Below, piece by piece: positions 38,699-51,181 of a stretch of 64,000 nt of DNA (its first letter is position 1; each line of letters opens with the position of its first letter). The translations under genes and the position numbers were made by a program. Where the stretch lies: positions 27,019,175-27,083,174 of the forward strand of contig NC_092677.1 in assembly GCF_964355755.1 (NCBI RefSeq). Direction: 5' to 3'. The stretch comes from Antedon mediterranea (lineage: Eukaryota > Animalia > Echinodermata). The notes below the pieces were generated by a model. The model saw nothing but the letters and a program-made list of their open reading frames with translations, had not been told where the DNA came from and made no database searches.

Positions 38699-40276
38699 GG
38701 CTTGACCTCATTTCCAGTATGTCGTTTTGGGTGAATTACCACCCACAACAAACTAGTAATATTTAATTTTGAATATAACAAACAAAGCTTCAAAATTTCA
38801 TCATTTTAGAGAACATGTTTCAAAATGTTTTTGTTTTCTTCTTTTGCTCTGAAAAAAAAACGTGTAAAGGCTAGTTTATTACTAGTTAATTCAAAATTAA
38901 TAACAAAATGTAATATTTAATGTTATTGTTAAATATTATTAAATATTTACCGTTCCATCAATATTGAGTATTTTAAATTTTATGAGCCTGCAGGGTGACA
39001 GGTTAAAAATAATATATGCTAGTACAGTAGTAGGTTACAAATAACATTTTGGTATTAATTAAATATATGGATAAAAAAAAAATAATAATTTAAATAAATA
39101 AATAAATACTCTAAAACTAGTAGGCCCTTAAGGCTTAGTTAGGCCTAAACCGCCTAGGCCTACTGCACTACCGGGCCCTAACCTAGGCCTTTTTGGCAGA
39201 TCACCAGCCAGGACCCCGATATCTCCTGCAAGGCAGGCTGAATGCTCTGCTCTCTCCCCCCGCCCGGGCCCGTCTCTCTCTCTACTCATCTCTCACTCCT
39301 TGATGACGAATATGGGGTCCTGGCATTCATTTATTTGGGTATTAATAAGTGTTAGTTAGCTTTGACTGACGTAGTTTATCACAATAATCTTTAAAAATAC
39401 ATAATATTGTTAAATAACGAACACTTTCCCTACCTAGGCCTATTTATCTTGTAAGTAAAACATTCCATCACACACCGCGAAAACAACAAAAAATGTAGGG
39501 CGAAGAATTCCGCTCGAATTTTAGGCGGCCCTCTTTTGTTACGCTGTACAATATTGCCATGACGATTTAAAAAAATAAGCCGATCTCTCAGACAGAGATT
39601 AATTTTGGTTCAATTTTGTGTTGATCTTGAGTTTAGTTTAGTTTAAATAATTGAATTAAATACGTATAAGTTTGATTTTGATTAGTTTTGATTAAATTAA
39701 ACCATCCACCACAAGAAACGAAGCATTTTGTGCCGATTTTGTGATCATTATTATTCTTTCCTCTAACAATGATTAATTAATTAATTTTTATGAAACTATC
39801 AGAACGTGAGTGATTGTTAATAATACAAAAAATGTAGTAACAAAGATGACATTGTTATTATATTGCTGCTTTATGTCTGTTTCTAAGTATATGTATTGTA
39901 ATATTATCTATAAAATTATCCCTGTTATAACTATATTCCGTTTCATATTTGTATGTAATTAATACACGGGTTAATAAAGTATAACATATTCTGTCGCATT
40001 CCTTTTTGTACAAAATTAATTGATCGCAAAAGACTATTCCATTATTATCATCATTCAACATGTAGCGGTAATTAAAAAAGGATATATCTCTGCACTTTCA
40101 GATAAATAATTTGTCTCATGTGTATATAAACATACGCATTATTGGATAGTTAATCAATAATTTTCGAAATGTATAAATATGTATAACTGTGCACGTGGTT
40201 AATGTAATCAGTGAGACTGACACCCCTTCAACTAGAATAGAACATGCCACACACTGTACACAATATTTCTTCACGG

Positions 40277-40363
40277 ATATAAATAGAACGGAAATATTGA
40301 TTTTACTATTTTTCTATAAAAAAGAGGACACGTACATAAAGGAAACAAAGGTCTAAAGTAAGT
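40277..40363 (+). promoter_or_regulatory. TATA box and probable non-coding first exon of the FGF-like gene
   Basis: TATAAATA at about 40278, donor AA|GTAAGT at about 40358, acceptor TTACAG at 40863 just before AAAATGG. Confidence 0.5.
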
Positions 40364-40866
40364 AAAGGTATTTCATTCAAGTTTATTAACTTATGAGGCC
40401 TATTCATGATTTAAATACCGTACTAAGGTACTACAATACCATTAATATAGTTAGCTAGCTAGGCCTACTACTACTACTGTACTAGCTAGTCGATCAGGAC
40501 GAGACTGACTGTTTGACATGCATGGAGTGAGACTGGATGAAGAGCGGAGAAGAACATGCTAGCTGACTGAGAAAGAGGAGTGGCCTAGTCCTAGTAGTAG
40601 AAACAATTGGTGTGTGTGTGTGTAGGTGGGGGGGGGGGGGGGAGGTTTTGTGTTGGAGGAGGAGGTGGGAAACCAGGATTTGTTGAAAACCACCCTGGCA
40701 CTGGCTGGGCCCTGCTTGCTTGGAGGTGGTGAAAACCACTCTCTCTGGGGATGGGTATCCTATCCTATCTTTACTATTCTGTTACTAACTAAATAATTAT
40801 TAATATTAGATAATAAACAGAACTGCATATTTGTGAATGAAAAATATTTTGTTTAATTTACAGAAA

Positions 40867-43409
40867 ATGGCACAACCCCCTACAAATCCATATTACCAAC
40901 AACAGAGTCAACAGCCACCTGCTGGGAATCTTAATTACCCCCAACCACCACCAGCCTATTCACCCTATCCTCAAGATCCAAGTAAGGGGTCTGGATACCA
41001 ACCTCCTCCATCTCAGTATCCCCAAAACCCACCACCACAGTATGTCAACCAGGCACCTGTTCAGAGTGTCACATATGTCAAAAAAGGCCCGGCACCTGCA
41101 CAAAGTCGGGTGAGTATGTTATGCGCAATTTGAACAATTTGAAATTGTTCAAATTGCGCATAACAAGTACATATAGTAGTAAACCTTTTTTATGGTTACA
41201 AAAACGCTATGGCTTTATTTTTACTACATCTTGTTACTCCAGTAACTACATCTTGTTACTCCAGTAACTACATCTTGTTACTCCAGTAACAACATCTTGT
41301 TACTCCAGTAACGATTTCATGAAATAATTGACAGGAATTTATTGTTTTGATATTTCATGAATAAAAAAGTTTTTTTATGTTGTTTTCATTTGTCATTGTT
41401 TGTATGACAGAGAAGGAGGGTGCCTCCTCCGAGAGATAGGCCTAAAACTGAGTTGGAGGTGAGACAAGTCTTTAACACCCAATCTTAAGCTCTGTATACA
41501 CTATCAAAAAGGTGTGATGTGTCCAAATATGGTAGTGATATGACATCATCATGTCCATACATGAGCACATCACATTTTTTTGTCACATAGTGTCAGACAG
41601 AGCCTTATTCTTTAACCCTCTAGTTTATTTTAGAATTTATTGATTCATTTTAAAAACTGATCCCATTTTTTGGTTCATGGTTACTATTTTTTTTTTAAAT
41701 AATATTTATCATTTCTTTTTTTAAGGCTTGCTTATCACAAGTTGTTTTTATGTTTTATCTGCCTTCATTCTCTGACCTTTTATCAATGCTTATCAGAGTT
41801 TGTAAATAAATGTTATGAAATGAATAATGAAATTTTCCCAATGATTTGTTGTTATTGCTGATATCTTTTTGCATTGCAATTTTGAAATCTAATGGGGGCT
41901 GAGCACCTATCTATCTTTGTAGTTTTTGCTTTGAAATTTTGAAATGTTTCTGTTATCTTTTCTCCTTTCACATGAAATGGACAGACTGACCATTAACTTT
42001 AAATTTGTTTTTTTTTTGTCAGTCAGCATTTGGTGGTTTTATGCAATCACTGGAGCGTGGAGCAACTCAAGTGTTAGGGGCCACAGAGAGGGCTATCGAT
42101 CGTTCCGTTGATCATTACTCCACAAGTCCAACACTGGTATAAGAGCTTTTATATTCATTTTAGGACCATAGTTTTGTAGTTTAAATTGTGTTGCGAGACC
42201 CAGTCAGTCAGACACTCAATGAACCATCATGTCAATATATTAATAGAAGTCAGAAGAAAATGTTTTCACCCGTATTTGTATCGTTTGTGCACAATGTTTT
42301 ATGCTATTCACATCACTAGTGTACAAGACACTACCTACCAATATGTTAGTAATTCAATTCAAGATTTATTTCGACCAAAATCAACATATGTATACAAACA
42401 AAAAACAACAAAGTATCACAGACGACTGTAGTAGTAGTTATCTGTGTATGCATTTATCTATTTTACCTCAGCTAGATTAATATTAAGATAAACAACTGAA
42501 AGAATATGACAAATAAAATATTTATAATTTTTATTCTCAATAGGCCAAGTTTTCATCTGGAAATGTAATTTCTTTAATCAGTAAGAACACACGCCAGTGC
42601 CTGAGAGTTCTACCAAATGGGAGCATTGATGCGTTAGGCCAGGCCAATGATCCTGCGTGTAAGTACCTACTTAGTGGTAAAAGTAACAGTTCTCCAGCTC
42701 ATATAATTGGTATCAACTAATGTTATTTTTTATCACCACAGGTCATTTTACTAGCTTCAACCAAGGTATGAACGTAGTCATCTTGCGCAGTATATCCAAC
42801 CCCAGCTTTCATTTGTCTGTTATACAGGGTTTAACAGTCGGTTTAGTAAGTATATTTGATCGCTTACAAAAATTCCTCTGCAGTTTGATCAGATTCAGAA
42901 TAAATAAATAATCTGATCTGTTATTGCATTTTATGATTCTTTAAAATGTGTTTCTTTAGGGAACCGGAAACAACAATTCAAAATTTCGAATTCATGAGAC
43001 ACCAGATCACCATGTGACTTTTGAGTGGGTACCAAAAACTGGCAATTATATCCGCATTCATCCGATGGGGCAACCAGCGGCAACAGTCGGGGACAACAAG
43101 TCAGCAGATACTGAATTCTGGGTCAACTTATTGGTAAGGCTTTGTAAAAATTGACAGTTTGGAGAGTGAGCTTAAAACCGAGGATTAAAACCCAGGGAAA
43201 TAGATTTCATTTATTTATTTGACCAATAGAAACAAGAACAGGTCGGTAATTCCAAACGCTAAAACAATACAATATATGATAAGGATTTGCATGAGAAGTT
43301 ACCACTATCATACCGTCCATTGTAACATAATTATACTGATATTATTATCATATTTGATATTCGTCTGAATTTCTTTTTTCAGTCTGGAGTTCAGGTGATG
43401 CAGAGATAA
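40867..43409 (+). CDS. Uncharacterised 258-aa protein: P/Q/Y-rich N-terminus plus FGF/IL-1-like beta-trefoil domain, no signal peptide
   Basis: Six coding exons 40867-41109, 42023-42136, 42544-42658, 42742-42845, 42960-43133, 43383-43409, all GT-AG and in frame. Core: GNVISLISKNTRQCLRVLPNGSIDALGQANDPA-C-HFTSFNQGMNVVILRSISNPSFHLSVIQGLTVGL-GTGNNNSKFRIHETPDHHVTFEWVPKTGNYIRIHPMG...EFWVNLL. AATAAA at about 43665. Gene model is firm; the fold is inference. Confidence 0.8.
41117..41165. mobile_element. Perfect 49-bp palindrome with TGT...ACA ends and 4-bp direct flanks (collapsed TIR element)
   Basis: agta|tgttatgcgcaatttgaacaattt-g-aaattgttcaaattgcgcataaca|agta. Confidence 0.75.
41223..41312. repeat. 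22-bp tandem repeat x4 (actacatcttgttactccagta)
   Basis: Directly visible. Confidence 0.92.
41488..41604. mobile_element. MITE family A copy
   Basis: agctctgtatacactatc...atagtgtcagacagagcc. Confidence 0.85.
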
Positions 43410-43679
43410 AAGATTTGAGAATTAAATTACTTTTCAATGGTGATTTTGTATAATAAAACGGATCAACTATGTACAGTATATATACACTTTTTGCCAACTG
43501 ACTGCTAGCTGAATGTTCAGATGGACTGTCCACTAAGTTTCTTTCTTGCATGAACAAAGTTTTACTGATCAATTTCTATGTTGTTTGTACTTATTTAACT
43601 ACTTATATTATAGTATAGAATGTTTACTTTTGGCTGATATAAATACAGGGATTAACATTATTTTGAATAAATCTGTTTA

Positions 43680-43945
43680 AGTACAATGTTGTGTTTGGTA
43701 TGTTAGTAATGACGTTCACAGAAGAAACAGTTGGGTTAAAAATAATTGGGTAATAGAAACTGGATACAATTAATCCATCTTATGAAAACATAATGAGAAA
43801 ACATCATGCGAAAGATGGTTTCTCCATCTAAAGTAGTATTGTGTTGTGATTGGTATGTTAGTAAAGAAAAAAGGTTTGGGTTAAAAATAATTTGGAAGTC
43901 ATTTATCTTATGAAAATATAATGAGAATACATCATAAGAAAGATC
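43680..43945. repeat. Diverged two-copy local duplication between the convergent FGF-like and SMG9 3' ends
   Basis: ttggtatgttagtaa, ttgggttaaaaataatt and atcttatgaaaa.ataatgagaa.acatcat each occur twice in the same order. Confidence 0.8.
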
Positions 43946-44513
43946 AGTTAAATCAGATATTTAAACCCGTCTAATAGTCCACCTGTGCTCAGTAAAATCC
44001 TTCGAAATAAGTTTAAGAACTTTGCCACAATATAAATGAGCACAGAGCAGTAGTACAACAACTACTAATAATAACAAGTCCACAAGTCATTTACTGTTCA
44101 ACACAGACTCCACTACGTATTCTACAGACTTTTCTGGACAGAAACATCACTAAAGCTGTGTCCACACCAACTAGTGTTCAACTGATCCAATCTTAACTCT
44201 CTTAAACTTCTACGTTGTACCACCGGTAAGTTTCTGGGTAATACAATGCGACACCCAGGCAATCTAAACCGCAAGACTGAGTTACTGTATTTAACTTTGA
44301 TAGAGTTCATTCAGTTTAACCACCATAACTGGATTCATATTCAACGGTTCAGTTTTTACTCTACGGTGCATAGAAGAAGTCAAGAAATTGCTGGTAATCT
44401 TTGTTTGGGGAACACGAGCACCACCGATTCCTCACTTTTACGGATAACGACACCCCGTTAAAAAGCGACACGCAACAATCCGCTGTTTTTCATCATTAAC
44501 CAGGTCAGGACCT

Positions 44514-47500
44514 TCAGACAAGCAGTCTGTTGTACTCTGACATCAGAGTTGATTTTTTTATGGTCTCCCACATACGAGCTGCATAGTGAAACCTAGAAGC
44601 CATAGTATGATATACATTATAATGCTGGTATACACTTGACTTGAAAATATGCCAAGGATTGAAACAACATTTAAATATTCTAGATAATTGGAGGTAATAA
44701 ATGACATCCAATTTGGTTTATTTCCTGTTTATACTGGGTGACCTCTTCACAGTACAAGAGGGTCCAAAAGAGGATCACGATACAATCCCCTACTCTTTTC
44801 AAAAGTTCTCAATCATGGACATGTACAATATATAAACACAGGAGAACATCCCCATCCAAAAGACGAGGCAATGAGAAGTATCTTGCCTAAGGATACAAGA
44901 AATATGGCACAAACATGTCTTTAATATGCTAGTCCTATATCCCTTACAATTATACTAATGCAGCTCTCTATTTTATAAATCATTATTATGGAAGTATGTT
45001 TCCATACATTTATGATCCAAAAAATGTGTGCAGTGCATTGAGATCTTGCTTATATGCGCTGTATAAGAATGAACTACTATTATTTTTGTATGATATAATA
45101 GCTTGTCCTACTTACCAATTTTTCTCGGTGTTGCAAGAGTTTGATATTGGTGTTCGGTGAGCGCCTATGACAAGCTTTCTAAAAGCCCTTATCAGAGAGT
45201 CTTGACTTGGGTGTCCTTGGTAACAGTTAGGAATAATAGAAAACAGTGGAGACTCGACTGTAAGACAAATACCAACAATAGTATATCTGGCATTTATAAA
45301 GTTGACATAAAAAAGAAACATTCACACTGTGTCAACTACTAGAAAAAATTATGTATGTTTACATACCTTTACTATTGTGATTATCGTTGAGGTGTGGCAA
45401 GAGAAACATGTTGATATCAAGTGGTAGATTAGTGGTGTTGGCTCCTGACATCAACCCAGATTGGGTCAAAGAGATTGCACCTGTAAAGGCAAAATGATCA
45501 TTTTACAGTTTTTACTTCTAATTTCTAATGATGTGTTTGTAACATCTTTAAGCTCTGTCTACACTATAAAACTAGTTTGACAAAAAAAGTTTGAAGTGCT
45601 CAAATATGGTAGTGATATGCACAAATATGGTAGTGATATGCACAAATATGGTAGTGATATGCACAAATATGGTAGTGATATGACATCATCATGTCCATAT
45701 ATGGGCACATCAAATTTTTTTTGTCACATAGAGTTTGATAGTGTGTATCGGAGCTTCAGAAAGTACTAAAGAAATAAATCAATAAATCAATTGGGTCTTT
45801 ACCTTGAATTTTCAATTTTGTGCCTGTAAATATCTTGTCGATATCTTCTTGCATATTTTTCAGATTATTTAGTTCAAAATCTTCTCGTGATGCTTTATTC
45901 TGGACAAACACTGCGAATAAATAAAATAATTAGTGATATTTCTGTATATTATGCTAAACACTAGTAAAATACTAATGCTTCTCATCATTCAAGACTAACA
46001 GTTGCATATTAAGTCCATTAATGTTTATTTGAAAAAGAAAATGCATTATATAAAGCCACATGTAGGAAGTTTTTCTATTTACTATCACTTCTGCTGCTGG
46101 TCTCTGGTTTGAAAAGGGCATATCATCAATGGAAGGAGTGCGTGTCTTTGTTACTTACCTACGCTGGGAAAATACTCAATGCCATCCTCACCATCAGAAT
46201 TTGGATTAGCAGTTGAAGGTTTTAGCATCTCTGCTTTCTTGAGACACTGTAGGAGAGGAATGTCTGCAAACCAATTCTGGACGACAAGTACCACATTGCT
46301 AACAGTCATAAGGAACGTTGCCAATTGAAGAGACTTTTGAAACAAACAGAAAAATAAAAATAAAGAGGTATTTGGATACTGTACATTGGTTATTGAGGTC
46401 ATGCTGGGTCACTTTTTGTGAAATAGGGAATTAAGGAATGGTACACTAAACCTAAAGCTCTGTCTACACTATCTATTCAAACTAGTTTGACAAAAGATAG
46501 GAGCATCATGTGTTAACTAGCCAACTCCACAAAGAGACATATAACTTGAACAATATAAACATTCAATTAACACCCCATACATAAATGGTACAGTCCAAAA
46601 ATGTTATTGCTCAACCATGTATAATCCCAACATATGTAAATAATCATTTAGTTTTTAAAATGTAAGCATGCTAAAGTATGGAGAGCAATGTATTGACATT
46701 GTTCTTTAGCTACTTAAACATGTTAATTAATGTATGCCATCTTTGACACTGGACTGCAGATGGGTAACTGCGAGTTCAGAAACACTAATGGCAAAGTGGT
46801 AGTGATATGACATCATCATGTCCATATATGGGCACATCACATTTTCTTGTCACATAAAGTTTGATAGTGTAGCTTAAGATCTCACCTGTATCTCAATACA
46901 GTTCTCAGATGATGTCATTTCTGATGGGATAAACTTTTCATGGTTGATGAGATAGTCCAACACCGATGCGCTAAGAACTGGTTGAGTGTCTAAGATGATG
47001 GTTCGTTGTGATGTCACATAAACGTCAACGCCAGATGTCTGGTGGCCAGCTAGCTCACGTACATCGGGTGTTTGAGTTTTGAAGATATACGAACTAAAAA
47101 GTATAAAAAACAATGAAATATTCACTGACAAAGGAAATGCTTACACAGTTGTAAGCTTTAGTTTATAAATGTTTGCATCAAACTTGATATGATAAAAGGT
47201 GTGATGTGCCCATATATGGATATGATGATGTCATACCACTACCATATTTGGGCACATCAAACTTTTTTTGACTAGTTTGATAGTGCAGACAGAGCTATTC
47301 TTTTATCCCAAATAAAGTGTATACCTTTCATCATTGGCCTTGCATCCTGCCAGTAGAGAAGCAACAGTAGACTTGCCAGAGCCTTGTAAGCCAATCACTC
47401 CAACAACAAAATAAGATCCTTGGTCTAAAAGATGCTAATGAGGCAAAGGCAGTCAATTCATGACATTTTGAATACAGTCAAGCATGAATGAATGACAGGG

Positions 47501-48923
47501 CTATACAGGGCTATAAGGCTATACATTTGTTATCCACTACCAAACATTGAAATAAATCTAATGGGCAAATGACCAATCAATTAATGAAATACAGCATATA
47601 CACAAATGATGACATACAGGGCTATACATTTCCTTTTTTATCCACTACAAAACATTCCTATAAACACAACAGGAATAATGACCAATCCAACTAGGAAGCA
47701 AAACTAAAAAAATGATCACACCTACTGGACCTTTTTTTGTTAGACTAAATTTCTAGTTTTCTAGCATGAATTCTGAGCCTCCTTCAATAATCAACATTAT
47801 ATAGATTTTAAAGTACATTTTTCAAGGTTGGCTGTCTTCAGTCACATAATCTTCCAATAGAAACAGGGTTTTTTACCTCCATTGCCTGATCACTCCAGTG
47901 AAATGCCGAGTCAATAAGTTGAACACTTTGTTTCATTGGTATCAATGGAGTTAATCTATGGTGGACAGGCACTGTAAGAGAATATAGAAAATATTTTACA
48001 TAAGCAAGCAGTTAGCAGTTGGGGTACGGTCTTGGTCAATCATGTACGATGGCTACATCTTCATAGACAATCATCTCTTATAAGTCCTACCTTCTATGGC
48101 AATGTTCACAGGCGCATTAGATGGTCTATGACCAACAATGGTAGGAGTATGAGGTGATCCACCTAATACTCGTACCATATCCATAGAGGGCGGTGTTCCA
48201 TATATTGTTGCTTTCATGCTTCCATTGTTTGTGGTCATGGTAGTGGTCGATGTACGTCTAATCGGTTCATTTTGTTGGCTCGTCTCTCTTTCCCGTGGTT
48301 TTATAATGATTGTAGGAGTGGCCTTTTGTTCGGGGACCATTGTGGTTGGTTCAAGAGGTTCTTTTACCTACACAGAATAAAAGAAGTTATTGAAAGAACA
48401 ACTTCCAATTCCGGGCACAACGTAAAACCAAGTTTTAGGAGTTCTGCTGGGCGAGATACTAGAGACTTGGCTACTTACACACAGTTAAGTATGGTGTATG
48501 TGAGTGTATGTGTAAATATTTTCAATAATTTCTTTAAAAATTGTACAGCATCAAAACAAATTGTTCATCCAAATACAATTATACATATTTTATTGTTACC
48601 TTTGGGTTACCAGGTTTAGTCAGGAACTGTATAGGCTTTGTACCAACACCAGGCTGTGATGACCCGCCCTCAGCTAGGCCTACCTCAACTTCTTGTGTAC
48701 CTTCTTGTCCCTATAAAGTACAAGAAAACATTTTTGAAAACATTTTTAAAATGATGTTATGTTGGATGAAACCACAATGTCAAAAAAATATTCACCACCA
48801 TATAAAATAATTAAATAAGACATTCTGTCTACTACTACTAACCTTGCCCCTACCACGTCTCCTTTTTCTTCGACCACCTCCTCCAGCAGCGTTCCCAGCA
48901 CCCACACCACCACGAGATGCCAT
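44514..48923 (-). CDS. SMG9: Nonsense-mediated decay factor SMG9, about 11 coding exons
   Basis: Exons give MASRGG...RRKRRRGRGK, PMKQSVQLIDSAFHWSD, P-loop VVGVIGLQGSGKST, HQTSGVDVYVTSQRTIILDTQPVLSASVLD, SLQLATFLMTVSNVVLVVQNWF, VFVQNKA, EKNWFHYAARMWETIKKSTLMSEYNRLLV*, matching remembered SMG9 motifs. ATG follows an acceptor AG, so an upstream non-coding exon is implied. Confidence 0.94.
44715..44900 (-). mobile_element. Degenerate SINE remnant with Deu-like segment
   Basis: Minus strand tatccttaggcaagatact...ttggatgggatg...aacttttgaaaagagtagggg in the last SMG9 intron. Confidence 0.5.
45551..45755. mobile_element. MITE family A copy with internal 21-bp expansion
   Basis: Family A ends; gcacaaatatggtagtgatat repeated 4 times internally. 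Confidence 0.88.
46456..46873. mobile_element. MITE family A left and right halves separated by about 290 bp of unrelated sequence
   Basis: Left arm agctctgtctacac...aaactagtttgacaaa (46456-46495); right arm tggtagtgatatgacatcatc...gtttgatagtgtag (46797-46872), same orientation. Confidence 0.65.
47177..47296. mobile_element. MITE family A copy, left end eroded
   Basis: gtgatgtgcccatatatgga...gtttgatagtgcagacagagct. Confidence 0.8.
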
Positions 48924-49513
48924 CTATAAAATGATTAAATTCCAAACAATGTCACAATAAATTTATTCGAAAAATAAAAATAGTAGTGAAGCCTATAGCC
49001 TAGTTAGTAGTAGTAAGCATGTTTCTATTCTACCGCACACTACTTTTACTAGGCCTACTGTGTCTATGCCTCTAGCTACCGTATATTTCGGTGTACAAGT
49101 CGCACCTGTGTATAAGACGCACCCCCAACTGAGAGTAAAATATCGGTATTTTTTATATCGTCGATGTATAAGACGCACCTTATATTTCATCAAAACAATG
49201 TTTTTTTAAATTGTAATAATTGCAATATTATTGTAATAATATATTTTGTTATATCTACAACGGCGTCCTTTATTTAGGTTTTTTCTTACCTAGGCTCGGC
49301 CGCGCCCAGCCTCAACAAGTTCTTTCTAACTTGTTATTCATGAGTTTCGCGGCAAAATCGAGTGCATGACCGTGTGTGTAACACGCACGTGTGTGGGCTA
49401 GCCTCGCTCGATCATTTCGAGAGGGCGCACGTTTTCACGGACAATCGTATTCGATTAGTATCTATGTATCCGAGAAGTGTGTACGCTATGTCCATGCTAT
49501 AATCACCTGGAGA

Positions 49514-51181
49514 CGTATCCGGATATTCACCCCCCGGACAACTACCCCCGGACAACCACCACCTGGACCACTACCCCCTTAGGACAACTACCCCTTTAGG
49601 ACAACTACCCCTTTAGGACAACTACCCCCCGGACAACTACCCCCTTAGGACAACTACCCCCTTAGGACAACTACCCCCTTAGGACAACAACCCCCTTAGG
49701 ACAACTACCCCCCGGACAATTACCCCCTAGGGACAATTACCCCCTAGGAACAATTACCCCCTAGGAACAATTACCCCCCCGAACAATTACCCCCCCCCCC
49801 CCCCCCCCGAACAATTACCCCCCCGAACAATTACCCCCCGGACAATTACCACCCAGAAAACTATCCCTTTAGAACACCCTAACCACCCAGACCATTCAAC
49901 AACCTGACTCTGCAACAGTGTATAATAGGAATTAATAACTATATTTTAATTCGTTACTTTGACGAATTACTATTCATTATTGTAAACAAAAGTAAAAGAT
50001 TGAACATAAATATAGCCTGGTATAAACTGAAAATTGTCACACATGATCATAGGATAGTCGAACGTATTATATAGTACTCCCTGTATTTACTGTAAAGACT
50101 GGGTTCGCTAATAATAATAATAATTTTTGCGTCAGGACAATGCTTCGATAACCACTGGTCTTAAAAGAATTAATTTTTGTCTCAAATTTGTCATATATGT
50201 ATTTTTGTACACTTGAAGAATAATATCACTTTTGATATTTGACCTCAATGTTCACTCACCGAATAAACGTCGATCTTTAAATAAATTCCCCTCAAATAAA
50301 CGGTGACCATGTCACTCCCATGAAACATCATATGGAATAATCGGCGTCTATTTCCATTAGATTATACCCCCTCCCATTGAATAAACAACTTTCTTCCAAT
50401 AAATGTCCACCTAAAAACCACCTAAACAATAAACAGCCCAGGCTGTTTTTTCAATAAATACGGTACTTTAAATCTAGCACATCTAGGGTCTAGAATAGTC
50501 GGTTAAAAACGGGTGTTTCGAAACTAGAGACCCGAGACCCAATACGAAAAGGGAGACCTAAATATACGAAAAGGGAGACCCACGTACGAAAAGGGAGACC
50601 CCACTATACGAAAAGGGAGACCCCACTATACGAAAAGGGAGACCCCACTATACGAAAAGGGAGACCCTAATATACGAAAAGGGAGACCTAAATATACGAA
50701 AAGGGAGACCCAATTATACGAAAGGGAGACCCAAATATACAAAATGGGAGACCCAAATATACGAAAAGGGAGACCCACTATAAGAAAGGGAGACCCCACT
50801 ATACGAAAAGAGAGACCACACTATACGAAAAGGGAGACCCTAATATACGAAAAGGGAGACCCAAATATAGGTCTCCCTTTTCGTATTGGGTCTCGTGTCA
50901 GGTCTCTGGTCTCGGGTCTCTAGTTTCGAAACACCCGTTAAAAACAGATGATTTCATTTTTACAGAAACCGGTCCTATATATTTAGTAGTAGTTGACCGG
51001 GGGGTAGTTATCCTAAGGGGGTAGTTATCCTAAGGGGGTGGTTGTCCTAAGGGGGTGGTTGTCCGGGGGGTTGTTATCCTAAGGGGGTAGTTGTCCTAAG
51101 GGGGTAGTTGTCCTAAGGGGGTAGTTGTCCGGGTGGTAAACATCCGGGGGTAACTGTCTAGGGGGTAGGTGTCCTAGAACC
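49514..51181. mobile_element. Foldback-like DNA element with 8-bp TSD, middle layer
   Basis: cctggaga at 49506-49513 and 51182-51189; arrays of ggacaactaccccc (49537-49860) inverted against gggggtagttgtcc (51000-51175). Confidence 0.85.
50511..50936. mobile_element. Mutator-like non-autonomous element with 9-bp TSD, inner layer
   Basis: gttaaaaac at 50502-50510 and 50937-50945; TIR GGGTGTTTCGAAACTAGAGACCCGAGACC; about 15 units of a ~22-bp tatacgaaaagggagacc repeat. Confidence 0.88.

Noticed and set aside
44330-44516. Selenocysteine or stop read-through extension of SMG9
   Set aside because: In-frame TGA is followed within a few codons by TGA and TAA; protein already ends where orthologues end; no SECIS recognised
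50540-50870. gaaaagggagacc repeats with short variable linkers as CRISPR-like
   Set aside because: Linkers are only 5-9 nt and near-identical; the array lies within TIRs and a 9-bp TSD, so it is subterminal transposon repeat
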